DNA of 64,000 nt from Leucoraja erinacea (Eukaryota), in the NCBI RefSeq assembly GCF_028641065.1, contig NC_073404.1, positions 11,904,001 to 11,968,000 on the forward strand, in the 5' to 3' direction. The position numbers and the translations under genes are program-made. The notes below the pieces were generated by a model. It did not search any database. It was not told the origin of the DNA and saw nothing but the letters and a program-made list of their open reading frames with translations. The first letter of the stretch is position 1; the number at the start of each line of letters is the position of its first letter. Positions 1 through 12,880 of this stretch are shown in pieces.

Positions 1-1073
1 CTGTGGAATGAACTGCCGACCAATGAGTTTTGTTTGAACTTGAGCAGATAGGATGTGTCTGTACACTTCAGAATTCATTATGTTACTATTCATTATTGTA
101 TTATCAATTAAGATAAGTGAGCCAGTACCTTCAGCAACCATACATGCCCAGGCCATAACACCCCCACCCCGTGTTTCACAGATGAGGTGGTACGCTTTGG
201 ATCTTGGGCAGTTCCATCTCTCCTCCAGAATTTGCTCTTGCCATCACTCTCATGTTAATCTTCGTCTCATCTGTCTACAAGACCTTTTTCCAGAACTGTG
301 GTTGTTCTTTTAAGTACTTCTTGACAAACTGTAACCTGGCCATCCTTTCTTTTGCGGCTAACCAGTGGTTTGCATCTTGCACTTTAGCCTCTGTATTTCT
401 GTTCATGTGGACTGCGGTCATTGACAAATCCACACCTGACTCCCTGAAGAGTGTTTCTGATCTGTCAGACAGGTGCTTGGGGATTTTTCTTTATTAGAGA
501 GAATTCTTCTGTCATCTTCTGTGGAGGTCTTCTATGGCCTGCCAGTCCCTTCGCGATTAGTAAGCTCACCAGTGCTCTCTTTCTTTTTAATGATGTTCCA
601 AACAATTGATTTTGGTAAGCCTAGAGTTTGTCTGATGTCCCTAACAGTTTTATTCTTGTTTCTCAGTCTCATAATGGCTTCTTTGACTTTCATTCGCACA
701 ACTTTGGTCCTCATGGTGATAAAGAGCAACGAAAGTTTCCAAAGGTGATGGAAAGACTGGAGGAAAGACAAGGTACTGAGAGCTCTCTTATACTTGCATT
801 AAGGAGGCAATTAAACATACCTGAGTAATTACAAAGACCTGTGAAGCCATGTGTCCCAAACATTATGGTAACCTGAAATAGGGGGACTATGTATAAACAC
901 AGTTGTAATTTCTACATGGTGAAACCAAAATGTATAAAAATGGCCTTTAATAATAGCTGACAACGTGCACTTAAACCATGTGATTTTTTTTCTATTACAA
1001 ATCTCAAATTGAGGAGCACAGAGGCAAATAAATAAATGATGGGTCTTTGGCCCAAACATTATGGTGGGCACTG
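1..1073 (-). mobile_element. Tc1/mariner (IR/DR type) DNA transposon, left part, degenerate transposase
   Basis: Minus strand starts TA|CAGTGCCCACCATAATGTTTGGG (TA at 1074-1075). The same CCCAAACATTATGG motif recurs at ~855-868 as an inner direct repeat. ORF 532..771 encodes a paired-like HTH ending GTGRP; a DDE-region remnant (GGGVMAWAC) lies at ~140-170. Stops and frameshifts are present. Confidence 0.85.
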
Positions 1074-1847
1074 TATTGGTGGCCGAAGGAGTAGGGCAGA
1101 GAATAAATGAGGGAGGGTTCCTTTGTGATGCTGTAGAGAGGTGCTGGATGTTTTTATGTTGCTGGCATTGTGCTGCAAATAAAGTAATCAATTAGAACAA
1201 ACCAGCAGGCCATTTGGCCCATCAGTGCCATGCCAGCTCCCAGTGGTGCCATCCCATAAGTTCCCTTACTTCCTCCCCCATGCCAGTCAAATTCTCCTGC
1301 CGCACATTTGGGGGCAAATTTAAATGGTCAATTAATTAGCGGAGGGCCCGGAGGGAAGCCACATCCCACAGGGTGGAACGAAAAACTCCACACAGTCAGC
1401 ACCCAAGGTCAGGATCAGCCCCAGTGCTAACCAAGCAGGCCAGGGGGCGAGGGCAACAGGTGATGTACTGGATGCGTCAGGTGGCAAGGGCAAGGAAGGA
1501 GAGGGGTGGGGGTAAAAAATCAAAAAAAAATCGATGTGTTCTGGGGACAGAGACCTGAACCTGGAAAAGGGATGGGCACAGCCATAGATTCAGTCAGCAA
1601 GAGAGGACGGGGGTGTGCTGGGTGCATCGCTGTAGCCATAGTTTGACACCCCCCACCTCATCGATAATTCCCGGCAAAGATCCTATAGCTCCACTATAGG
1701 ATCTTTGGTTCCCAGCAGTGCTAGTCTCCAACTGGACGACACACACTCCCTCTTAAATAGAGTGGTCCAGCTGTGGCAACTATGACCGAGACACAGTGAC
1801 AAGTGTACTGGACCAGGAGACATGAGTGTTGGTAAGAGAGCCATCAT

Positions 1848-1853
1848 TTTATT
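1848..1853 (-). terminator. candidate PPM1D polyadenylation signal AATAAA
   Basis: TTTATT on the + strand, ~1.9 kb downstream of the PPM1D stop, at the end of an AT-rich UTR-like stretch. Confidence 0.4.
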
Positions 1854-2477
1854 TAGCAAAACAGTAGAGTAACGAGGGACTAATACTTGGAAACAGAGCT
1901 TTCAAATATATATATCTATACACATATATATATTAATACAAAATTAGTAAAACTCCCATCTGTAAATGTAGCAGCACCATCAGTGTAAGTGATTGGGGGT
2001 AATAATTTCTTTGTGATAAGGGAGGATCGAGCAAGTGGCACAAGGAAGGATTCCCACAAGATTCATTTCCTCTTCTTCACCCCACCTTCAGTAAAAGGAC
2101 AATCTCTGGATTGGGTTCAGGAGGCTGAGGGTTCGCGTCTCGTTGCTGAGATCACCTGGGTCGTGCAGAGTATCTAACCCGCTCGGTAACTCTGGGGAAG
2201 CTTGGCTCGAGAGGCGTGGGTGACGGGAACGTTCCCCGGCGGACACTTCGCTCGCTGCCGCCCCCACACCACCATCAGTGCAGGCCGCCTTCTCACCTAC
2301 GAAACGCCAAGTTACCGGGCTGGCCTGTGTCTGGTCAGAGGGGAAGGAGCAGGGGGACTGCAGGCAGGCTGCACAGCAGCCTACATACAGCAGACACGTT
2401 ATCCGACAGGCAGCTTGCAGTGGGCCCTATGCCAGGTGTGTGGCGGCACACAGAGGTTCCTGGTTGGTTGGCAGAAC

Positions 2478-2800
2478 ACGCACGCGGGCACGCATACACA
2501 CGCACATGCGTGCACACTTACAAAAATGCACGTGCGCACACACAAGTACACATGCACACCCAAGCACGAACACAGAGGCACACACGCGCACATACATCAA
2601 CATATACACCAATAAAGACACAGTAGCAGAGTATATACACACACACACACACATACACAAGCAAGCAGTCACACACACACAGTGCAAAACACACACAGAA
2701 GCACAAGGGACACCACACAGGAATAAACAGGCACACACTCTCTCACACACCCACACACAGGCAAACGTGTACACACAGGAACATGCATGTGTAAACACAG
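2478..2800. repeat. degenerate (CA)n microsatellite-rich tract
   Basis: Interrupted CACACA runs; these produce the His/Thr- and Cys/Val-rich spurious ORFs. Confidence 0.9.
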
Positions 2801-3764
2801 ACAAGGGCAGCCAGAATCTGGGTTGATTGTTTGCAACCTCTGCCTGAAGAGATGATTACTCTGGGAATGTCAGACCATAGAAAACCTGAAAATGGTTTAA
2901 AAAAAAAAAAAATCCTGGATAATGGGTCTCTCAAAAGGCAGCGCAGGTAACGACTGTCCTTATTGTGAGCTAAAATGGCCCCAAGATATTTGGGCAATTA
3001 ATTTAAAACAATTACTTGCTTTGCAGAGGTGATTTGCTTCCTGGAGAAATTCCCAAATACCATTTGTTTAAAACAGAAGCAAAGCAAACTGGGATTAAAA
3101 CAGATTCTTCATTAAATGAGAGGCTGGGGTTCTCGATGGAGGGAGGTGAGGAATGGAGGGAGGAGGGCGGCAGCTGTGACAACCAACAGCGCAGATGAAG
3201 GACTGGACCCAGCGTGGGCGAGCAACCAATGCACTCAGCTCTGGATCAAACACTCCCAGAGACACCGACAGCAATGATGAACAGAGGAGCCCGATCCTCA
3301 CTTCCAGCCTCAGCTGGGAGTGGTGTGGGAGGGAACCGGGAGCTACACCAGGACAAGAGAGAGAAAAAGAGAGGGAAAAAAAGAAAAAGAGAGAAAGACA
3401 CACACACACAGAGCAGGAATGGACAGGGAGGTCCAAATTAATGTGTCTTGTAAATGTCCTGAGACGGGGAGGGGGGGGGGGAGAGAGAGAGAAGAAGGGG
3501 GCTGAACAGAGGGAGGGGGGAGAAAGGGAGAGAAGGAGGGTGAAACAGACCAGAGGAGCAGAGGGAAGACTGACCCAGGAGTCTCGCCCGTTACCCAACC
3601 GAGTCGGCAGACGGTCGCGAGAGACAGCACTCTGGCGGAGTCGGCCTGCTCTGCCTCATTTTTGATTCTCTTTACAGAATTTTGAAATAATTATTTACTT
3701 GTTTCCAGAGACCCCGGCGTGCTCCCTCCCCTCCCCCACCCCCGCTCCTCAGCCCCACCCGCTG

Positions 3765-4172
3765 TCAACACACGCAGATGGTCTTCCTGTGGGGGGGCAG
3801 CAGTGAGTTCCTCAGCCGCCGCTGACCCCTCAGGCTCCTGCGCGTAGCCTGCTTGTCGGGGTTCCTGCGACGGGCGGGGGTACCCGTGCTCTCGCTGCCG
3901 CTGCCCCTCCCTCCCCGCACCTTCAGTCTCTTGGCGGGGGTGGGGGCGTCCCCATTGAGCTCCTCCAACGTCCGCTTGAGCCCGCCGCCGGCCCTGCCCC
4001 AGCCGCCCCAGGGCGATCGCCCCCCCTCCCCACCCGGGGACTGCGCCCGCCCGCGGTTCTCGGTCGCCGCGGCAACGTCGGGCGGCGGGCTCCTGCCATG
4101 CCGCACCTCTCTTCTTGCCAGCACCGGGACGAAGCCAGAGCAAAACCAGGGTGGAGACAGCTGTTCAGCGGC
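3765..4172 (-). CDS. PPM1D: PPM1D (Wip1 phosphatase) exon 6, last coding exon
   Basis: Acceptor ...ccactgcag|GCC, phase 0, 408 nt including TGA. Encodes LKRTLEE and ends RRSLRGQRRLRNSLLPPHRKTICVC*, matching the human C-terminus (..HRKTVCVC). Confidence 0.85.
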   Translation of the reverse strand, partial: AAEQLSPPWFCSGFVPVLARREVRHGRSPPPDVAAATENRGRAQSPGGEGGRSPWGGWGRAGGGLKRTLEELNGDAPTPAKRLKVRGGRGSGSESTGTPARRRNPDKQATRRSLRGQRRLRNSLLPPHRKTICVC

Positions 4173-4289
4173 CTGCAGTGGGAAGGGGGGGGGGGGAGAA
4201 GAGGACAAAGAAAGTCAGAGGAAGTAAGGGAGATCCGGCACTCCAGTGGGCTCCAACATGGCCCCAACAATGACTCCAGCCGGCCCCAG

Positions 4290-4530
4290 ATTCGTTTAGT
4301 TTTAGTTTATAGATACAGCCTGGAAACAGCCCCTCCCTACACACTAGGAGTGATTTACAGAGGCCTATTAACCTGTAAACCACACGTCTCTGGAATATGG
4401 AATGATGCCCGAGGAAACCCACACAGTTACAGGGAGAGCGTGCAAACTCCACTCAAACTGCACCCGAGGTCAGTATTGAACCCAGGTCTTCGGTGCTGTG
4501 AGGCAGCAGCTCAACCAGCTGAGCCATTGG
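4290..4530 (-). mobile_element. tRNA-headed SINE (HE1-like)
   Basis: Minus strand reads TGGCTCAGCTGGTTGAGCTGCTGCCTCACAGC...GGGTTCAATACTGACC (pol III A/B boxes) and ends in a (TAAAC)n tail. Confidence 0.75.
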
Positions 4531-5201
4531 TGTTTGTCTGGTCCAGTGATAACGCCAGCCATCCCCAACAATGAACCAAGGCGGGCCAAGGAACATTCGG
4601 GAACTGGTGAGGACCCGAGCCGCCATGGGCAAGGACCCCAGCCATTCCCGGTTGCTGGGAATAGCAGTGGGCAGCCCCAGCAAGGGCCTTATTCACCCCC
4701 TCTCCCCATGACACTGGCACAGCCTCTTGTCGCCAACCTGCGGCCAGGTCCCCACTTCTGCCCTGACCACCGAGCATCAGTGGCCGGAGATGTCTCTGTC
4801 CGGCCGAGGGGGCCTGACCAGGACTCGGGCAACAGGCAACATCCCTGGCAACCAGAGTAAGCCTCAGCAGTCGCAAGGAGAACATGCAAATTCCTCACAG
4901 ACAGCACCCAAGGTCAGGACCGAACCTCTAGCACAGTGAAGCTGCTGCTCTGCAGCTGGGATATGGGCTAAATGCAGACAAATAGGACTGGCCCAGATAC
5001 CAACTTTGTTGGCATGGACATGGTGGGCCGAACGGTCTGTCACTGTGCAGTACAGCTGGATAGTGGGCAGCCCTGGACTATGTGGCATCAAGGCACCACC
5101 CCCGCCCTCTAGCGAGCAGTGCGACGGGATCGGGTCTGGACAGTTGAAGTGGTCGGGCGGAAGGTTTCCGGCGTGGGTGCGGGTCCCCCCCCCCGACCTA
5201 C

Positions 5202-5426
5202 CTTCAGTGGAGGGGATGACGGCTGCAGCCGGGACTCCTCGAGGCGGTGGGCGATGCCACCAGCCAGCTTGAGTCGCAACTCCTCGGCGCAGGGGGGCCG
5301 CCCTCCACCCGGCGGGTCGATGCAGATCACCACGGTGCTGGTGTTGTCCGCCCGCAGCATGCGCTGCCGCCACCGGCCCAGCGCCCGGCTCACCAGCAGC
5401 CTGGCGCTCGTCGGCCCCGCATCCTC
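5202..5426 (-). CDS. PPM1D: PPM1D exon 5
   Basis: cag|GAG...AAG|gtaggt, 225 nt. Encodes RALGRWRQRMLRADNTSTVVICI, the last PP2C motif. Confidence 0.93.
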
Positions 5427-5744
5427 CTGTCAGGGACACAGACGCAGAGAGGGTTAGAGACCACCCAGGCAAGACGAGCATCCATCCACCCACAGCTGAC
5501 CCAACCCCAAGGGAACCGACAGCTCAGCCTGTGTATATTTATATACACACACACACAGAACTTTTTTTTTCTCTCTCTCGTTTTTTATATATTGTTTACA
5601 GTGTACTATGTTTACATATTTTGTTGTGCTGCTGCAAATAAGAATTTATTTGTTCTATCTGGGACATGACAATAAAACACTCCCGACTTGACTCTGATGA
5701 CCACTGTAGGTGGAGCCCAGCCACTGGTCCATACGGATCAACAA

Positions 5745-5900
5745 GGTCCGAACCATGCCAACTCCGGCCCAACCAAACCTGAACCGTGCCAACTCTCGTC
5801 CAACCGAACTTGAACCATGCCAATTCTGGTGCAACCAAACTTGAACCATGCCAATTCTGCTCCAACCAGATTTGATTCATGGCAGCTGAGGTCCAACCAG
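5745..5900. repeat. ~30-bp tandem minisatellite (GAACCATGCCAAYTCYG...CAACC), about 4-5 copies
   Basis: The repeated gaaccatgccaa...caacc units are directly visible. Confidence 0.8.
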
Positions 5901-6416
5901 ACTTAAAGCAGGCTTGAAATGATACTCTATTAAACATTGCAGCCTCACCATCTTTAGTTTATGGGAATAAAAATAACCTTATTGCCTTTTGAAAATCTTG
6001 CGGGGAAAATAACTTATCGCGAGTCTGAAACTCTCTGCCCTCTGACCCCTCCCCCCGCCCCACCTTTCACCCTTTGCTTTTATGATGCAATTTCTATAAC
6101 ACAATATTTCCTCGGAATGGAACTTTTTTGCCAAATAACAGAATTAGCTGTTCAACAAACAAACTAGTGGAAGACCTCAGCAGGTCGAGCAGCGTGTGTG
6201 GGGCAAGGGAGGGGAGGAATTGACGTATTTCGGGTCGAGACTCCACATCAGGACAGGGGATAATGCAAGAACAGAGTCTTGAAGGGTTGATTGGACTGGA
6301 AGGGTACCCTGTCTATTCTTGCCACTGCATCTTGCCTTTTACGTCCATGGTTAAGATGGAAGGTGGGGGGCTCCGTGGTGGAGGGTGGGGATGAGAGGGG
6401 GCCCCCAACTTCTCAC

Positions 6417-6607
6417 CAGTAGTCGCTGCCTGTCCTCGTTGTCGTGGCAGATGCTGACGGCGTCCTGGGCGGAGATCATGTTCCACAGCCCGTCGCTGCC
6501 CAGGATGATGTACTTGTGGTCTTGGCAGTTGATGGTGTGAACGCTCGTGTCCGGCTCCGGCGAGACCACAAACTCACCGCTGTAGAAGTCGTAGCTCCAC
6601 AGATCCC
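6417..6607 (-). CDS. PPM1D: PPM1D exon 4
   Basis: cag|GG...CTG|gtgaga, 191 nt. Encodes [24 protein letters not shown]...[13 protein letters not shown]. Confidence 0.96.
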
Positions 6608-7399
6608 CTGAGAGAAACGGTGGGATGTTAATGATCCCTATCCCTCCATATTCTTGTGCCTATCTCAAAGCCTCTTAAAACACCACTATCGTATCGGCCT
6701 CCACCACCACCACCACTGGTTCAAGTCGCCTACTCTCGATGTAAAAATAACTTTCCCTGCACATTATCGTTGAACCATGACAGTCCAGGCGAGCGACTCT
6801 CTGCTTACGAGGGCACAGCCCCACCCATCAAAAGCTCAGCCCACCTCTCCCAAATTCACGGGCGGCTGGCTGGCAGGAGACAGAAAGTGGGCATGGATGG
6901 GTCTCTTTCTGCTCGGCAGGGCATAACAGGCGGTGTGTCACAGAGAGTGGTGCCAGGCCATCAGCCTTATTCCAAATTACGCACTGATTTGGGTGAAGAA
7001 ATTGAAAGACCAGGTGCTAAAATCCTGCTGGTGACAGAACTAGGGGTCGGAGAGCAGTTTATGACGAGAGCATTGCAGGATCAAACAAGTCGCGCAGCAG
7101 ACACTGACACATGGGGGTTGGTTTTAAGAGGTGAGATAAAGAGGGGAATAGGGGCAGAGGCCAGAGTTAGCATTTAATCCTCATGACCCATTGTTAAAAA
7201 TCGCATCTGGTTTTAGTCGGCAAGGACTCGAGCATTTGTTTGCATGAGATGTCCAACCCTACTATGAAAGTAACTCACTTGGGAGGTGGTGAGTATAAGC
7301 CCCACTGCTTGTCTCACTGAAAAGACAGTGTCTCACGCAGTACGACATCTCATCAGTGCTACCAGAGTGGGAGTTAAACTGGCAGATTCCTGGCTCTGG

Positions 7400-8155
7400 G
7401 GCAAGAGACATGAAGGTAAACAGTGCAGCACAGGAACAGGCCCTTCGACCTAAGATGTCTATGCCAAACATAATGCCATAATAAACTAAACCCTCGTGTC
7501 TGCACATGATCAATTATCTCCATTCCCAGCATATCCATATGCCACAATCGTATCTGCCTCCACCACCACCCCTGCCATTGCATTCCAAGTGCCCATCTAG
7601 TCTTTGACATTTGGGGAAACGGTTCTGACTGTGTAACCTATCTGTGCCTCACATCATTTTATATACTTCTGTCAGCTCTCCCCTCAGTCTCTGGCGCTCC
7701 AGAAAAAAACAACCCATGTCTGTCCGACCTCTCCTTGTAGCTGATACCCTCTAATCCAGGCAGCATTCTGGTAAACCTCTCCTGCACTCTCTCCAAATCC
7801 TCTACATCCTACCTGTAATGGAGTGACCAGAAATCCACACAATACTACAAATGCAGCCTAACCAAAGTCCAATAAAGCTGCATCATGACTTCCTGACTCT
7901 TATGCCACATCCACGACAGCCCCTCTCTCTCTCCCATCCCTCAATCCCCCAACCAATGAAGGTATGCATACCATTGGCCTCCTTAATCACCGTATCTACT
8001 GGTGTTGCTACTTTTATAGAGCTATTGAATACTACTCTGTACATCAGTGCTGTTAAAGGTCTTGCCAATAACTGTATATCTTCCCCTTACAGTCAATCTC
8101 CCAAATGTAACTTGCTCAGATTAAACTCCATCAGCCATTTCCATCCCCGTTTCTA
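7400..8155 (-). mobile_element. degenerate CR1 LINE 3' fragment
   Basis: Minus strand shows remnants of the CR1 RT C-terminal block (LxYCVxFWSxxxR.DV..LERVQ.RFTRMLPGL) and a CR1-type 3' tail. Confidence 0.7.
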
Positions 8156-8721
8156 AAGTTGATCAACATGAGTGCCTCCACTTTTATTTGCTAACATGGA
8201 ATTAAAACAAAATCCTAAATCAGTTGGTCAAATCCGGACGCATGAACCGGACAGGAGGCAGTGAACTGCTGTTCTGGCTGCTGCCACAGGAGGGCCAGAG
8301 TGGGCTGGGTCCGAGACGCTGGTCAGCACTGAATGGCCACCAGGGAGTAGCATGGGCCACAGTGCAGTCAGGACTCCCAGACAGGAATTGTAGTGGTGGT
8401 GGGGGGTAGAGGAGGTGGGCCAGCCGCAGGCCAAGACCCTGCCCCCCACAACTCCCACAAAGGATTGGCGGCTCTCCCACCCCCTAAGCCAGGCAGCTGT
8501 TCAGGGACAGAAGAGAGTCATCACACCACTGCACATGCAGGTAAATGGGAATGATGTAGCAAGATACAAAGAGCCAGCACAGACATAATGGGCCAAAAGG
8601 CCTGCTCCTGCGCTGCATACGCAGGACCCCAAAGTCACTTGCAGGTGCCATCCGGGTCTATGCACAAGAGGGAATGGGGTAACAGCTGGCAGGCTATTGC
8701 CCAAATTTCTCATCCCGATCA

Positions 8722-9120
<399 letters not shown>

Positions 9121-9251
9121 TCAAGAGATAAGCATTTGGAGGAGAGGGTGGGACTCCTGAGAAAGGAAGGAGATCCCACGTCAGCCCAAATGTCTATCTC
9201 TGCACATCCATGCCAGCCCCTCTCTCCCACCCACAGGCAGCCCGGAGTTAC

Positions 9252-9498
9252 CTCCCGCCGAGCCCCTCAATCCGCTCCTTCTCCTTGGGGAGCTCCGGCT
9301 TGTGGTCCTGCGTCACCTCCAGTGCCTGCATGGTGCCCGGGCTCTGAGTTTGACCCGGGCCGGGACTGTCCTGTGCACCCAGCACCACGCCAGAGTCGCC
9401 CACGTGAGCCACGTACATCTTGTCCCGGCAAATGATGACCACGCTGGCGGTTGTGCCGGACGTGCTGGGCAGCCCAGTCAATGTCTTCGGCCAATCAG
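9252..9498 (-). CDS. PPM1D: PPM1D exon 2
   Basis: cag|CT GAT TGG...GGG AG|gtaac, 247 nt. Encodes [19 protein letters not shown]...VAHVGDSG...[12 protein letters not shown]. Confidence 0.96.
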
Positions 9499-11304
9499 CT
9501 GTGGGTGGGGGAGAAAGAGAGAGTGGGGGTGAGTCATGAATGAGGAGTGGAGATAATGAAATAAAAGACCCGTCCCCACCAGTACTGCACCCCAGTGTTA
9601 TACAGTGACACACCGTCCCCACCAGTACTGCACCCCAGTGTTATACAGTGACAGACACCCCCCACACTCCCCCCAATTGTCACACAACCATCATCTCTCT
9701 CTGGGTAAAGTAGTCTTGAAAGTTCTACATCAGTACTTTCATATTTCCACCGTGATAATCATCTTAAACCCACATTCCCTGTTATGAGCCAGCATATACT
9801 CATTTATTACAGACCACTTCATTCTGAAGCCTTCAAATCCAGTCCTCCCTGGTCATTCCACACATTTTTAGGAAATTATTTTAGGTAAATCTTTACTAAC
9901 CTCCTGAGTGGAGGTTCAATAAAAGCTCAGAACCATCTAACCTGCACCCCATCAACTACCTGAACATTCGCAGCCTCCACCACTGTGCACAATAACTGCA
10001 TTGCATACCATCTACAAAGATTCGGCATCTTTGGGCTCTCAAACGGGCCCTCCAACTTATCAGATCCACTCCGACCATTGATCACCCGTTCACACCAGTT
10101 CTATCTTATCCCATTTTCGCATCCACTCCCTTCATGTTAGTAGACACAAAGCCACACACCCTAGGAATATGGAAGAAAACCAGAGGAAATCCACTTGGTC
10201 ACAGAGAAAATGGGGATCATGACAGAAGCCTCCTCGTGGCGATCCCCGGAAGCGACGACACGGTGCACTCTGTGACGCATCAGGCGACCAATTCTGTCAA
10301 CATATTGGACGACGACAGAAGCCAACAGCGAGCTATACGTTGTCTGACACACGAGCGAACGAACAGAGAAAATATTCAAACTCTACACAGCAATCAAGAT
10401 CTGGACCAAAACACAGTCTCTGACGCTGCACGGTAGCGGTTCTACCAGCTGCACGACTATGTCAACCCAGTTGCTTTGACAACATCTCTCAAACCAACGA
10501 CTTTTTCAATTAAGACAACACAGTCAAGCTGATGACTTGGAAATATATCCTTATTCATTTTTGTTGGCAGGGCCCAGGAGCCCATCGGGACTTCCTCCAG
10601 CTTCAAATCCTCCACTGAATTCCAATCAACCTTCTCTACAAAATGAGGAGGCAAGAGTGACTTTGTTACAACCTAGAAACCTTGACGTCCCAGAATAAAC
10701 AAGTTCAAATCCATCCTTGGCAACAGGAATATTCATATTCAGTTATGTAAATAAATCTGGAGTGCAAAAGCTGGTTTGAAGTTTCTGAAATGTTCTATAA
10801 ACTCATCCTTGAGGCACAAATATCTAGTCATTACCCATTGCTGCCCAGACAACTTGGCTGGCTCATCACGTCACACTATTGAAACCCACCCAGAAAGGTG
10901 ATCAAAGATTCTCCATCTACACAAAAAAGTTCACATGATACATAAATTCTTCCCAATATTTATCTTCAATTTCTAAAACATTACCACAGATCACAATCTA
11001 TACCTTGCTGTGTGCAACAATGGCCATACTGCTGGCCTACAACAATGACCGTACTGCAGAAATCTCATTCACAGATTCATGGACATTCACCAGACCACTC
11101 GATCCAGCCTGTACATGGCAGTCAAAAGCAGAGGTTTACATTACAAAGAACAGCACAACACAGGAACAGACCCGTCAGTCCACAATGTCCCCGCCGAACA
11201 TGATGCCAAGTTAAACTAATCTCCTCTGACTGCATGTGATCCATCATATCCCTCCATTCCCTGCATATCCATGTGCCTATCCAAAAAAAAACTCTTAAAG
11301 GGGT

Positions 11305-12618
11305 CAAGCACTACTATTGAGTGTACCATAGATGAGTTGAGATAAATGTTTGCATGCCATGGTTTACTGGAAGAACTTGTTTCTGATAATGGGCCTCAGT
11401 TTCATTCAGAACAGTTTAAAGAGTCCATGCAATGGAATGGTGTAAAACACACACCTGTTCCCCCATACCATCCAGCCTCTAACGGGGCGGCGGAAAGATC
11501 TGTTAGAGTTGTCAAAGATGCTCTCAAGAAACAGGTTTTGCAGGGTAGTTCAAAGCTCAGCATGAAACATCGTTTGGCTAGTTTCTTGCTGAAGTACAGA
11601 ACCACACAACACGCAACGGGTTACTCACCTCAGAACTGTTGATGAAGAGAAGGCTAAGAATACGCCTAAGTCTAGCTCAACCAAATTTGGCCTTGAGAGT
11701 TGCGCAAAAACAGTTGTCAAAAACGCCATTTTGACTCCCACAAAAAGGAGGAACTTCAATCCAGATGAGCAAGTTCATGTTCTCAGTCCTCCCAACAAGT
11801 CCAGTCGTGACAAATGGGACGTTGGGAAAATAGTGGAAGTGTGTGGAACAAAAAGATACTTAATTGACGTTGGAGATAGGATCAAAAGTGTTCATGTTCA
11901 TCAAATGATTCCAGCCAAAGATGAACCAAAAACTGAGCATGAAATCCTAGTCCCTGAGTTTTTATCTGAAAGCGAGTTGGAAGAGACCATTGTGATTGAA
12001 ACACAGAGTTCAGTTAGTACAGACAAAGAACAGATTCCTCTGGTCAATGTTAGGGTACTAAAACAGAGCCGAACAAGCCTGCAGTCGAGTCAACACCAAA
12101 ACCTGTTACACCTGTTACTGTTAGGCGATCAGGCAGGATCCGTAAACCAGTAGTCAGATTCAAGAGCGGAACTCGCTATCAAAACATGGAGGGAACGGGG
12201 AATACAATTTCTTGGTGCACACTCACACGAGGCTTCGGAGGCTCAATCCAGCACTAAATGCAGCTCAACTCTGCCTGTCTCACCGGGTTAACTACAGCCC
12301 TGTCTGGACTGACGAAATACCAGCGCTGCTTCTCCGCGCTGGCCATATTTCCCGCAAGTCCAGGAAGCTCACCTGGCGGGACAGGCAGAGTTAGCTGGGT
12401 TTAGCACTATTTCTCTGCGCTGGCCCATCTGATTCCTGACCATTGCCTGCTGACTGACGTCTCTCTCGTCCAATCGGCGCCCTCGATCATCAGTCCCACC
12501 CCCACTCTCTCACGGAAAGCGGAGATTTCACCGGGTTTTAAAATCCGGATTACAAAAACTTGGGGGGGATGTCCCCCACCTCTCAAAACATGGGGGGAGG
12601 GGGGGGGGCGTGTCCCCT

Positions 12619-12676
<58 letters not shown>

Positions 12677-12880
12677 TTTCCACCCCATGTCAGATTAGGT
12701 TTGTAAATTAAATAATTCACTGCACAAGTAAAACGAAAATGTGTAAATATGTAAAATAAATACTGGTTTCAATCAAGTATCACAGCAACAAAATTGTAAC
12801 TGAGTACTTAGATTTAATACTTAAAAAAAGGAGAGCAGTGTAATGTATTCATACATATTCATGTCTATGTTAATGAGTTA
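11305..12880 (+). mobile_element. Gypsy/Ty3 LTR retrotransposon remnant (integrase, PPT, start of 3' LTR)
   Basis: ORF 11346..11642 has the integrase core (LVSDNGPQF...PYHPASNGAAERSV). The pol end RRSGRIRKPVVRLGL* is split by an insertion at 12161-12688. Purine tract AAAAAAAGGAGAGCAG is followed by TGT at ~12839. Confidence 0.85.
12161..12688. mobile_element. non-autonomous insertion with 8-bp TSD (hAT-like)
   Basis: Flanked by GTCAGATT at 12153-12160 and 12689-12696. Removing it restores the Gypsy pol end. Contains a long poly-C tract; terminal inverted repeats are weak. Confidence 0.6.

Noticed and set aside
2202-2826. Several 120-180 aa ORFs on both strands
   Set aside because: They are translations of CA/TG microsatellite DNA in the probable PPM1D 3'UTR.
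5745-5900. CRISPR-like appearance of ~30-bp periodic repeats
   Set aside because: Eukaryotic minisatellite with no unique spacers and no cas genes.
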